From the IMG/VR virus record IMGVR_UViG_3300034127_000005, positions 1 to 64,000 of that record: a stretch of DNA of 64,000 nt; one strand, given 5' to 3'. How positions within the stretch are numbered: the first letter of the stretch is position 1; each line of letters opens with the position of its first letter. Source of the DNA: a virus (Duplodnaviria; Caudoviricetes). Under the pieces are notes generated by a model, which was given only the letters and a program-made list of their open reading frames with translations, was not told where the DNA came from and ran no database searches. Shown in pieces: positions 8,939 to 17,737 of the stretch. The position numbers were made by a program, and so were the translations under genes.

Positions 8939-10060
8939 TTAGATTTTACCCTGTTGTGTCAGTGCTGTCAACAGCGATTTCTGACCTTGTACTAGTTCAA
9001 CAGCATCGTTTGCTCGTTGGTCACGACCAGCCAGCTCTACGCGGTTTACTTCGGTTACAGTTTCCAGCATCTTGGCACGCAGAGTCTGAAGAGTCTGTGT
9101 GGTGATCACTGGAGTGTTCATTGCTTGAGCTGATGCAATGGCAGCCATCTTAGCCCCCTCAGCACCTTGTGTCAAGGTCTTTGTTGCCAGATTTCGCACT
9201 TCGGAAGTCAGCGACACACTCTTCTGCACGTCCAGCGTTTGCAGGAACATTGCGAATTCCATTTTGATAATAGGAATCGTTTGAGTGATTACGTCCTTGA
9301 GAGTCGAGATAGTAGCACGACTTGCATCTTGTTGCGAGCGAATCTTTGGACTGTTGATTTCAGTCATTGCTTTCAAGCGACGAAGGTTATCAGCCTTCAT
9401 GTCCAGACGATTCACCTTGGTCTGTGCGTCACGCAGCAGTTGAGCCTGCATCGCAGCTTCAGGGTGATTCAGGTCAATCTCAGGCCACGAAGCGATCTGC
9501 TGTTCAGCATAAGCCTTCAGCTTCTCCACTTCAGCAATCTCAGCGACGATCTTCTGGTAGTGATGGAAGTTTTCGAGGTATAGGGAGTCCAAGTCAACAA
9601 CCCAAGCACTTTGCACTGTGATATGACCGCTGATCTTCTCTTCCAGCCCTTCGAAGACTTGTTGAGCAGAGCTTAGGCGAAGCATGAGCTTCCCTTTCAC
9701 ATCTGTGAACTTGTTTTGGAACCAACCTACGAGGCCATCCTTCTGGATCGAAGATGGATCAAGCTTATTGGCTTCGTTGCTAATCTGAGTCAGAATTGCT
9801 CCCAGCTCATCGAACTTACCAACAGCCATCTTGTTGATGATCTTCTGTGTGGTTGCACCGATGTCACGGGAAACAGACTCACCGATCTTATCGATATCTG
9901 CATCAGTGATGATAGTCAGTTGACGCATCTGTGGAGCTACTTGGGCTGTAACGGGGAAACGGGAGCGGCCTACGGCTGTCTCTGCTACGAGCACGTCAAT
10001 AGTGCCCTTAGCTACGCCACCAGTTTTCTCAGTAACTCCAGCTTTAGCGAATACGCTCAT
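8939..10060 (-). CDS. telA: TelA/toxic anion resistance family coiled-coil protein
   Basis: long helical protein with TIPIIK and N-terminal pattern typical of TelA; Ter-cluster context. Confidence 0.8.
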   Translation of the reverse strand: MSVFAKAGVTEKTGGVAKGTIDVLVAETAVGRSRFPVTAQVAPQMRQLTIITDADIDKIGESVSRDIGATTQKIINKMAVGKFDELGAILTQISNEANKLDPSSIQKDGLVGWFQNKFTDVKGKLMLRLSSAQQVFEGLEEKISGHITVQSAWVVDLDSLYLENFHHYQKIVAEIAEVEKLKAYAEQQIASWPEIDLNHPEAAMQAQLLRDAQTKVNRLDMKADNLRRLKAMTEINSPKIRSQQDASRATISTLKDVITQTIPIIKMEFAMFLQTLDVQKSVSLTSEVRNLATKTLTQGAEGAKMAAIASAQAMNTPVITTQTLQTLRAKMLETVTEVNRVELAGRDQRANDAVELVQGQKSLLTALTQQGKI

Positions 10061-10533
10061 TTTGTCCTCCGGTAATAGATGAATGTTTCTGGGTATGTCA
10101 ACGATTGTACAGTGAAATCGCAGTAACCGTCAATCAATTTCTGGTGAGCTAACTCACACGCTTTATAGTAACGCATCGACTGTCTACGTCCCATTTGAAG
10201 CAATTCGCTGATATACGATGGACTGATGATATCAAGAGAGCAAAAGACTTTCAACATCTTTCCCATACTCAAGGGCACTTGATCTTCATCCTGTGCATAC
10301 CAGTCTAAACGGCTGATTCCCGACAAGACATCATCAATCCAGAGCGGCCAGTCTTCTCCGCTCATTCGTACATCCATCATTTCAGGTAACACGCAATTAC
10401 CGAAGGAGGCTGGGGGTCGCCCCAGCTTTCCAGTGCTTGCAGTGTACACAGTCCGCTGAGCTTTGGCAATCAGACGATCCGCATTTCTTCCAATACGGAA
10501 GTCTAACGCTTTCAACTCAGACGGACTCAGCAT
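10057..10533 (-). CDS. hypothetical protein (possible HTH)
   Basis: ISELLQMGRRQSMRYYK segment. Confidence 0.65.
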   Translation of the reverse strand: MLSPSELKALDFRIGRNADRLIAKAQRTVYTASTGKLGRPPASFGNCVLPEMMDVRMSGEDWPLWIDDVLSGISRLDWYAQDEDQVPLSMGKMLKVFCSLDIISPSYISELLQMGRRQSMRYYKACELAHQKLIDGYCDFTVQSLTYPETFIYYRRTK

Positions 10534-10838
10534 TACGCCTCCGGTGTTGGAACCAAAGGTACTGGGGCTAGCTCGGGATGAACAGCACCCAAGCTCATTT
10601 CCAGAGCTTTGAACTCACGTGTATTGTGTTTACTGTGACCGCCATCCTGATACCACACGTGCCATTGTGAGACGGCATAGTGGTTAGGAGAGGCAGCGTC
10701 CAACGCTGCAACGTCTGCCAAGATGCCAGCAGAACCTGCTGTAGTTGCATCGACCCAGTAACTCTCCACGATTGCAGAGTAAGAAGGGTTGTGTGCCAGA
10801 ATCCATGCTGTTACTTTTACCATTACTCGTAGTGCCAT
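10533..10838 (-). CDS. hypothetical protein
   Basis: AGGAGA RBS. Confidence 0.7.
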   Translation of the reverse strand: MALRVMVKVTAWILAHNPSYSAIVESYWVDATTAGSAGILADVAALDAASPNHYAVSQWHVWYQDGGHSKHNTREFKALEMSLGAVHPELAPVPLVPTPEA

Positions 10839-10858
10839 TTTATTTCTCCTGTGTTGTT

Positions 10859-11089
10859 TTAGGCGCCATCGCCCATTCCTTTTGCATACCAGTGAGCATC
10901 ACTGTACCCACCATCATAACCACTTTCCAATGCATCGTCAATCAAATACATGATTGCCGAGATAAGTCCGGGGTCAATATCTTCAGCGATGAGCTGTTTG
11001 CACAGTTCAAGCTGTTCATCTTTCACTTCTTGCAAGGTCAGACGCTTCCGTGTCGTCTCTGCGGCGAGGTTTGCGAAGTCGATAAACAT
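10859..11089 (-). CDS. hypothetical protein
   Basis: GGAGG RBS, TAATG coupling. Confidence 0.65.
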   Translation of the reverse strand: MFIDFANLAAETTRKRLTLQEVKDEQLELCKQLIAEDIDPGLISAIMYLIDDALESGYDGGYSDAHWYAKGMGDGA

Positions 11090-11243
11090 TACGGTCGTCC
11101 CTCCAGTTTACGCCAAGCCCGGTCTGTCTCTGCGAGCAAAGCTAATAGTTTGTTGTGTGGAGTCAAAGGGCCACTCTTCAGTTGTTTCTGATGTGGATTC
11201 TTCTTCCACTCCTTGTAAAGCTCGAAAGCCTCAGAGCCGGGAG

Positions 11244-11465
11244 CTAGGAAGTGGTTTGGTGCCCATTCGATTGCGTCTCTGTACATTCTGCATCCTCCAC
11301 TGAAGCTGAGATAAGTTTCACGCAAGGGGCACAAACGTAAATGCTTTGCCCTCTGTTGCGTCGAGAATACCAGTATACAGCAGAGTCTACACCACGTACA
11401 AGCCTTTTATCGCAGACTCGGCAGTACCCAGTCCCTTCCATCAAACGGTAAATTGGATTAGTCAT
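11244..11465 (-). CDS. zinc-finger hypothetical protein
   Basis: CRVC...CAPC; AGGAGG RBS. Confidence 0.65.
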   Translation of the reverse strand: MTNPIYRLMEGTGYCRVCDKRLVRGVDSAVYWYSRRNRGQSIYVCAPCVKLISASVEDAECTETQSNGHQTTS

Positions 11466-11481
11466 TTCTTCCTCCTACAAG

Positions 11482-11500
11482 AAAGCCCGCCGAAGCGGGC
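11482..11500 (-). terminator. intrinsic terminator
   Basis: GCCCGC-TTCG-GCGGGC-TTTCTT on - strand. Confidence 0.8.
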
Positions 11501-11507
11501 ACAATAG

Positions 11508-11597
11508 TTAACGACGCCAGTTGATAACAATCAAACCAGCAAGACCTACCACACCGATCACGATGCCTGTAATGGCACCAAGAACAAACCAGATCAT
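11508..11597 (-). CDS. 29-aa single-TM peptide
   Basis: MIWFVLGAITGIVIGVVGLAGLIVINWRR; ATGA-coupled. Confidence 0.55.
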   Translation of the reverse strand: MIWFVLGAITGIVIGVVGLAGLIVINWRR

Positions 11598-11650
11598 ACG
11601 TGACGCATCAGAAGTAGAACGATGATTACAGTTAGGAATACAGTGAGCAT
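11594..11650 (-). CDS. 18-aa hydrophobic peptide
   Basis: MLTVFLTVIIVLLLMRHV; TGATG-coupled to upstream gene. Confidence 0.45.
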   Translation of the reverse strand: MLTVFLTVIIVLLLMRHV

Positions 11651-12075
11651 CAGATTACCTTCCGAAACAGGCCGTAAGCATTGGTGCCGACATTGCCACG
11701 TTCGTGGTAGTCATTGTTCTCGGACTCTTCAGGGCTTTCGCAATAGACCCAGTGACCATCTAAACTGTTGCCAGTGATCGAGAACGGCAACTCACCGTCA
11801 TATTCTTCTGGATCTTCAACGTCGTCAATAATATAGATGCCCGGTTCCGCATACCCAACACCATGCAGTTTGAAACGAGTTTGAACACGGATCATATCAC
11901 CAATATTCAGGTCACGCCAATCCACAGGCGCACCTACAACTGGCGCTGGTGTGGAGTTGCCAACAGGTAGTTGACGGAATACACCACCTTCTAGAATGAA
12001 GGTCATGTCTTTGTGAAGGGTCAGCAGCTCAGCCGACAGCTCACCAATACGTGCAGTAATTTGATTCAAATTCAT
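11650..12075 (-). CDS. hypothetical protein (coiled coil plus SH3-like domain)
   Basis: start refined to MNLNQ after AAGGAGA. Confidence 0.7.
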   Translation of the reverse strand: MNLNQITARIGELSAELLTLHKDMTFILEGGVFRQLPVGNSTPAPVVGAPVDWRDLNIGDMIRVQTRFKLHGVGYAEPGIYIIDDVEDPEEYDGELPFSITGNSLDGHWVYCESPEESENNDYHERGNVGTNAYGLFRKVI

Positions 12076-12076
12076 T

Positions 12077-12418
12077 TCAGTCTCCTTGAGAGTGTAAGAT
12101 TGCGAATGGATTGTCGTCCACCCAGATAGACACCTTAATGTCTTGTTGTTCCATGTACTGCTTCTTAGCTTGGCGAGAAGTGTAGTAGATTTTGAAACCC
12201 TTGTCAACCAGAAAGTCCAGATCAGTCGGCCACTCTGTAGGCTTACGCCAAGTGACGATCACGACGTGGTAGCCGATACGCTCCATCAGAAGCAGGATTT
12301 GAAGCCAGCCTTCTGGATTGTCGCTGATCGTCTCATCGAAGTCAACACCAATCACCTTTGGTTCGTAAGCCATGAACGCGTTACGACTCCAAGGATCAAC
12401 CATTTTATGATGGCTCAT
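12077..12418 (-). CDS. HAD-superfamily phosphatase-like protein
   Basis: VDFDETI, VT.R, K, WVDDNP motifs. Confidence 0.8.
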   Translation of the reverse strand: MSHHKMVDPWSRNAFMAYEPKVIGVDFDETISDNPEGWLQILLLMERIGYHVVIVTWRKPTEWPTDLDFLVDKGFKIYYTSRQAKKQYMEQQDIKVSIWVDDNPFAILHSQGD

Positions 12419-12606
12419 TGTACCACCTGAGTGAAGTAGACAGTCGAACTGCATAGTTCACATTTGGCTTCATACCAAGAATCGTGGTAGTCACTCTCGT
12501 ACTTCAGGTCGCCTTGTAGGGCGATATACTCAGACTTGCAGGTTGAGCAAGTCCCTTTGTATGGCTTCTCAGCAGGCAGCTCACCACGTTTGGTCATTCT
12601 GATCAT
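12415..12606 (-). CDS. zinc-ribbon protein
   Basis: CSTC...CELC. Confidence 0.7.
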   Translation of the reverse strand: MIRMTKRGELPAEKPYKGTCSTCKSEYIALQGDLKYESDYHDSWYEAKCELCSSTVYFTQVVQ

Positions 12607-12614
12607 GCGTCCTC

Positions 12615-13073
12615 CTATTTGACGTAAATGGTTACATCGATCCCACCGAAGTGCTTCACGATTAGTGCTTCAACATCAGCCCATTTCGCTCCACCTAAGC
12701 CAGCACCCAGTTTTGGAAAGCCTACACTCTTGTGTTCACCAGCATCTACGAATAGTCGCATGATTCGTAGTGCTTCGTCAAGTGCTTCCAATCTCGTATA
12801 AGTCACACCCTTCTCACGCCCGTAGTCGTATTGGCCGTATAGGTTGAAGATTGGTCCGTGTTCGCAGATGGTCATACTGAGTGTTCCCAGCTTGTTCATG
12901 TCACCTTTGATGGTTTGGCAGTCAGCTTCATATACTTGAGGCCATTCAGCCCGTAGAGCCTTGGCTACACCAGAGCCCATTGTATTCATGCAGTTGGCTT
13001 GGTGAGCAATCGCTTCCACTTCACCAGCTTTGAAGCCTTCGATCAGACAGCCTTTCTTAGTCGTTACAGCCAT
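12615..13073 (-). CDS. macrodomain (ADP-ribose binding/hydrolase) protein
   Basis: IAHQANC..MGSGVA, NLYGQ, PKLGAGLGGAKW motifs. Confidence 0.92.
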   Translation of the reverse strand: MAVTTKKGCLIEGFKAGEVEAIAHQANCMNTMGSGVAKALRAEWPQVYEADCQTIKGDMNKLGTLSMTICEHGPIFNLYGQYDYGREKGVTYTRLEALDEALRIMRLFVDAGEHKSVGFPKLGAGLGGAKWADVEALIVKHFGGIDVTIYVK

Positions 13074-13091
13074 AAAACCTCCTTTGAAAAG

Positions 13092-13121
13092 AAAGCCCCA
13101 CCGCATATAGTCAGTGGGGCT
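13092..13121 (-). terminator. intrinsic terminator after Nampt
   Basis: AGCCCCAC...GTGGGGCTTTCTTTT on - strand. Confidence 0.7.
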
Positions 13122-13126
13122 AGATT

Positions 13127-14881
13127 TTAGATGTTGACCAGACGGCCTTTGATGGTGTTCAGGTCATCTAACCAGAAGCGACCATTCTCGAACAGTAGCT
13201 TCAATGCACCGCCACGTTCTTCTTCGAATGTGCATTCGTCTTTCAACACATACTCACCATCAATCAAGTCAACACGCAGCAGACCTTTGGCAGACTTCTT
13301 CAGCTTGTCGCCAGTCGTAGGGTCCTTGTAAATCTCTACAAATTCGCCGTTGACGGTGCAAGCAGTGGCCTTAACAGCAAAGCCGAAGGTGTCTCGTGTG
13401 TTCATTTGGTAGGTGTAAGAACCGATACCGAACACAACACAGCCGGAGCAGAAGCCCAGTTCATCCATGCGTTTCAGAATCGCTTCGAAACGTTGCAGGG
13501 TGATGCTGTCACCATAGATCAGACCAATGTGCGAATCCAGCAAACGATAACCAGCGTCGGTAGTAGTGCCACCGAAGATTTCCCACAGGATTTCCAAGGA
13601 GCCTTTCTCTTCAGCGGTACGCTCGTGCTTGAACCAGCAGGCAATCTCAAAAGCCTTAGTACCGTCATACTCTCCTAAAGCAGTAATCTGAGCAATCTGG
13701 AACACACCATCCGAATCACGGACCATCAGTTCAAAGCCAGCACCTTCATCTAGATCGAATTCGTACTTGTCTTTGTTCTGGTAGAAGTATTTGATCACTT
13801 CCGATTCCATGTCACCTTGGTCATTCGACTTCAGGTCAATGTAGAAACGACCACAAATCACTTCCAGTGGATCACCAGAATCAGGACGGATAACCAACTT
13901 GCCGTCACGAGCCATGATTGTCTCTTTGAGACGTGGCAGCACAGTGGTCAACACACCCCAGTAATCGTAGGTGTCAGCTACATACGATGCAATGCCGGTT
14001 GGGACAATGCGAGTAATATAGTCTTGCATGAACTCGACTTCGGCTTCCAGTCGAGTGTCCAACTCATCTGGATTAATACCTTGCAAAGCGATTGCTTGTA
14101 GGATACGAGCCTGACGGAACAGGATGTTGCTAGAGCTTACAGCGTGTTCGGTTGCAGCTACAGAGCAAGCGATCAGTTGTTCGTCGCTGTTAACACCGTA
14201 GTAGTCTTCCAGATAGTCGATCACTGCGAAAGTGTCAGTACCCGAGAAGAACAGGCTGTGACCAGAAGCAGAGCGAATCGCATCTTCCAGACCAGACATA
14301 CCCCGCATTTCGAAGCCGTGACATTGGAACTGAACGAGGTTCAGGTCGAAGCCAGTTTTCAGTGCATAGTGGATAGCCAGTCGGCTGTATTCACCAGCGA
14401 TTGTAGCGTTAGTTGCTGTCTTCCAAGTCATGTTGGACATGATGGTTTCAAGGTAGTTCGTTACCCAGAAAAACTCAGGGAAGGTAGACATCACAGTGAA
14501 CATTGGAACTTTCATCGCAATGCGAGTGCCTTCTGGCATGGTCTTCACACGGATAGGCAAGAAGCCCAGATCATGGAGTGCAGCCATACGTTCTACGTTT
14601 ACAACACCCTCACCGAGGTAAGCATTCACTCGACGTGCAAAGCGAGCAATCACTTTGTCTTTTGGCTGAGAGAAGAACGATTCGTTCCAGTATTCAACGA
14701 TTTCTTGAAAACCACCTTGTGGACCGAAGACAACCAGTTTACCGTCGTAGAGCGAAGAGCCCTTGAACAGACGATTGGATCGTGGAGTGTTGTTCGAGTA
14801 GACCATTTCAGTACCTTGTGGGTACATTTCAGCGTGGCCCAATTTATACCCATCAGTACCGTGCGGCGCAAATACTTTCAT
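13127..14881 (-). CDS. nicotinamide phosphoribosyltransferase family (Nampt/Namat-like)
   Basis: TDGYKLGH, ATEH, VADTYD, IRPDSGDP, IYGDSIT, KKSAKG motifs; start refined to MKVFAPHG. Confidence 0.95.
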   Translation of the reverse strand: MKVFAPHGTDGYKLGHAEMYPQGTEMVYSNNTPRSNRLFKGSSLYDGKLVVFGPQGGFQEIVEYWNESFFSQPKDKVIARFARRVNAYLGEGVVNVERMAALHDLGFLPIRVKTMPEGTRIAMKVPMFTVMSTFPEFFWVTNYLETIMSNMTWKTATNATIAGEYSRLAIHYALKTGFDLNLVQFQCHGFEMRGMSGLEDAIRSASGHSLFFSGTDTFAVIDYLEDYYGVNSDEQLIACSVAATEHAVSSSNILFRQARILQAIALQGINPDELDTRLEAEVEFMQDYITRIVPTGIASYVADTYDYWGVLTTVLPRLKETIMARDGKLVIRPDSGDPLEVICGRFYIDLKSNDQGDMESEVIKYFYQNKDKYEFDLDEGAGFELMVRDSDGVFQIAQITALGEYDGTKAFEIACWFKHERTAEEKGSLEILWEIFGGTTTDAGYRLLDSHIGLIYGDSITLQRFEAILKRMDELGFCSGCVVFGIGSYTYQMNTRDTFGFAVKATACTVNGEFVEIYKDPTTGDKLKKSAKGLLRVDLIDGEYVLKDECTFEEERGGALKLLFENGRFWLDDLNTIKGRLVNI

Positions 14882-14937
14882 GTTTCTCTCCTTTGTTCGT
14901 TTTGATGTGCCCATTTTAGATAAATGGGCATTCCATG

Positions 14938-15099
14938 TCAAGCGTTTTCTTTGAACTTTTTCAGTTCTTCGATCAGAGCGTCCACTTGGTCAGGATGTAC
15001 AATCACAAGATCAAGGTCTTGCCATAGTGAGATGTATCCCAAGTCCGACGCGTGGCCTACTTTCAGTGTCGAAGTGGATTGTGTTGTTGGAATAATCAT
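14938..15099 (-). CDS. 53-aa hypothetical protein
   Basis: manual ORF MIIPTTQSTSTLKVG...; ATGA-coupled. Confidence 0.5.
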   Translation of the reverse strand: MIIPTTQSTSTLKVGHASDLGYISLWQDLDLVIVHPDQVDALIEELKKFKENA

Positions 15100-15680
15100 T
15101 GTTCTGGCAACAAATTAGGGTTGACTTTGAAGAACGCATCAGAAGGCTCTGCCAACTCTTTACGTACTTCTTTTAGGTCTTCGGCAACCTGATCTTGCTT
15201 ATCGTCACGTTCCTGTTGAGCTTTAGCTTCTTCGATACGGATTTGCTCTTGTTGTAGCTTCAGAGCTTTCTCGCCTTCGTCTTCAGTCAGTGCATCCATC
15301 AAGAGCATGCCACCAGCAGCACCTACCGCACCCCCAACGATGGAAGTACCCAGCCCAGAACCACCGCCCATGCCACCAGAAGAATAACCACCGTTGTAGC
15401 CGCCACTCCGATTATATCCATTACCACCTCCGTAGTAGTTCTTCTGAATCACTGTAGTGTTCCGTGGAGCCGAACGGTAAACAGGAGTCTGTTTGGTCAC
15501 TGTGCGTGTTACAGTGGGACGACTGGACACACTTGGACGTGGAGCAGAATACGATGATTTCGACACGCTGCGAGAGAAGCTAGGCTTCGAACTTACTCGG
15601 CTCTTTGCTTCAGCCGTAGCCACACCAACAGCCAATACCACACCCGCCAATACCGCAACTACCAATTTCTTGAAACTCAT
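15096..15680 (-). CDS. signal-peptide protein with low-complexity S/R/G region and glycine zipper
   Basis: MSFKKLVVAVLAG...AEA signal; GGAVGAAGG. Confidence 0.75.
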   Translation of the reverse strand: MSFKKLVVAVLAGVVLAVGVATAEAKSRVSSKPSFSRSVSKSSYSAPRPSVSSRPTVTRTVTKQTPVYRSAPRNTTVIQKNYYGGGNGYNRSGGYNGGYSSGGMGGGSGLGTSIVGGAVGAAGGMLLMDALTEDEGEKALKLQQEQIRIEEAKAQQERDDKQDQVAEDLKEVRKELAEPSDAFFKVNPNLLPEQ

Positions 15681-15703
15681 TTGAATCCTCCTTTGGATTT
15701 AAG

Positions 15704-16111
15704 TTAGTCGCAACCGCCACCAGAACTACCGCTATCGCTGCTTGAAGAGCTGCTATCACTCGAACTACTAGAGCAAGAAGAGTGACTGGAGCTACTGTGA
15801 GAAGGAGTGTACGCCGAACCCCAACCGCTGTCAATATCATTATCAAAAGAATTATCACGACGTTTCACCTCGGAAGCAACACGCGTAGTCACGCGTGCAG
15901 TTGCAGGCTTTCCCGTGGTCACTGGAGCGGATCGTGGTGCATATTGCCGCTCGTATGCCGCAGATGCTGCACGTGCACGCTCAACTTGAATCTCACGTAC
16001 ACGTTCCGCACTCTTACGCTTGAAGACGCGTTGTGATTCAGTCTCTCCGAATACGAAGTACAGGGCCAGAGCTACAAAGCCGATACCAAATACACCCATT
16101 ACAATTTCCAT
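15704..16111 (-). CDS. membrane-anchored protein with Ser-rich tail
   Basis: N-terminal TM; ...SSDSGSSGGGCD tail. Confidence 0.75.
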   Translation of the reverse strand: MEIVMGVFGIGFVALALYFVFGETESQRVFKRKSAERVREIQVERARAASAAYERQYAPRSAPVTTGKPATARVTTRVASEVKRRDNSFDNDIDSGWGSAYTPSHSSSSHSSCSSSSSDSSSSSSDSGSSGGGCD

Positions 16112-16120
16112 TGATCCTCC

Positions 16121-16951
16121 TTAAATTTCGATTACAGTGAGGGTTGGGCCGCTCAGGATTGGGCCAAACGAATCAGTCGTATATACGTGGTCGTATTTCT
16201 CACCAACAACCTCAAAGCCCTTTGAGAAGATGCCGTGGGTTACTGCGAGTTCCAGCTTACCCATACCACCATCGTTGAACTTGTCAGCCAATTCAATGAA
16301 TGTGCGACCGCCATCACAGATATCATCCAGCACCAGATAATTCTGGTTAGGGTAGATTGGATCAAGACATTTCATACCAGTGATCTTACCAGTAGACAGT
16401 TCACGAGTCTTGCTGAACGTAATCACGCCAGCAGCACCTACTTTCTTCGCAAACTCTTCACACTTTTTTGTTGCGCCTTGGTCTGGTGCTACGATTGTCC
16501 ACTCACGAAACGAAGACTTGATGTCTTTGAAGATATCGAACTGATCACGAACAGACACGTTATTAAGGCAGGCCAGAGACACAGCACTGTGTGGATCAAC
16601 GACTTGCACGAGGTCGTACTTCAGGCTATTGATTAGACGACCAAACACCTTGATGCTCAGAGCCTCACCAGCATTACACACACGGTCTTGACGTGCGTAT
16701 GGGATGTAAGGCAGGTCAAGCATAAACTTTGCAAGCGGATACTCCATACGCAGAGCGTCAGTTACCATCAGCAGGGCCATCACATCATCACTGTTCTGGA
16801 TTCGTGCGTCAACGCAGACACGTTGTACCTTCATGCCATCCACTTGCGAAAGGTTGTTGATGTCAACACCAACCTCACCGCCGGGAAACTTCCACTGACG
16901 GATTTGAATGCTCACGCCTTTGCCCAGAGTATCGGTAGTATAAGTGATCAT
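16121..16951 (-). CDS. ribose-phosphate pyrophosphokinase family (Prs/Adps-like)
   Basis: FPGGE, PYIPYARQDR, DPHS, APDQGA, LDDICDGGRTF, THGIFS. Confidence 0.95.
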   Translation of the reverse strand: MITYTTDTLGKGVSIQIRQWKFPGGEVGVDINNLSQVDGMKVQRVCVDARIQNSDDVMALLMVTDALRMEYPLAKFMLDLPYIPYARQDRVCNAGEALSIKVFGRLINSLKYDLVQVVDPHSAVSLACLNNVSVRDQFDIFKDIKSSFREWTIVAPDQGATKKCEEFAKKVGAAGVITFSKTRELSTGKITGMKCLDPIYPNQNYLVLDDICDGGRTFIELADKFNDGGMGKLELAVTHGIFSKGFEVVGEKYDHVYTTDSFGPILSGPTLTVIEI

Positions 16952-17102
16952 TGCGCTTCCTCCACTTCTTCAATTCGAACTTCACAAGAGAATATACCAT
17001 CGTCGAAGAACAAGTCAAGTAGAAGTTCTCCGAGTTCTTCACGACCAGACGCAGCACCCAGTGGCTCCCCAGTCTCTTTATGGAAAAGATTAAAGCTTAC
17101 GT

Positions 17103-17315
17103 TCATCCTGATTTCTCCTTACTGTTAAAGTAGCGACGGATTGCATAACCTCGTGCGAGGCTCCAAACCGTACAGCCTAATGTTGTACTGGTCGCAATAG
17201 CCATTGCTGACGTGAATACACTGAGACAACCCATTGTAATCAACCAACTCCCAGCCATCCCGAGAAAGGTGCCCGAAAGCACCTCTTTAATCGTCTGACG
17301 CTTAGACTGAGCCAT
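17103..17315 (-). CDS. small membrane protein
   Basis: MAQSKRQT..E...T.WSLARGYAIRRYFN. Confidence 0.7.
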   Translation of the reverse strand: MAQSKRQTIKEVLSGTFLGMAGSWLITMGCLSVFTSAMAIATSTTLGCTVWSLARGYAIRRYFNSKEKSG

Positions 17316-17737
17316 TAGAGCTTCACCGAGAATCGATTACGCATCTTGGTCATCGTCTCTTCAGGGACGTCGTGAATGCTTGGATTACCGTGGCGCCCCT
17401 CGACGATCAGTGTGGTGACATCATAACCGTGTTCGGCTGCCAACGCAAGATATGGTTTCAATTCTTTTTCAGTCGTGAAGGTGTTGGATACTACGATGTT
17501 ACACCCGTCACACATACAGTCAGTAGTCCAGTCTTGACAAGCTTTATGAGCCTTGTGCAGCTTATCCTTGTCAAACAGGTACTCTTCTGTCCAGACTGTT
17601 GTACCAGATGGCCCTTCCTTGAAGTGGAAGAAATGGTCTGCTTCGTGGTGGCACGCATCCAATGCTGTTGCCAATCGCTCTGCAAATGTAGATTTACCAG
17701 AACCCGGCAAACCCCTAACGAGATATAACATACGCAT
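17315..17737 (-). CDS. P-loop kinase (AAA_33/polynucleotide kinase-like)
   Basis: RGLPGSGKST, EAD, VSNTFT, HDVP. Confidence 0.9.
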   Translation of the reverse strand: MRMLYLVRGLPGSGKSTFAERLATALDACHHEADHFFHFKEGPSGTTVWTEEYLFDKDKLHKAHKACQDWTTDCMCDGCNIVVSNTFTTEKELKPYLALAAEHGYDVTTLIVEGRHGNPSIHDVPEETMTKMRNRFSVKL

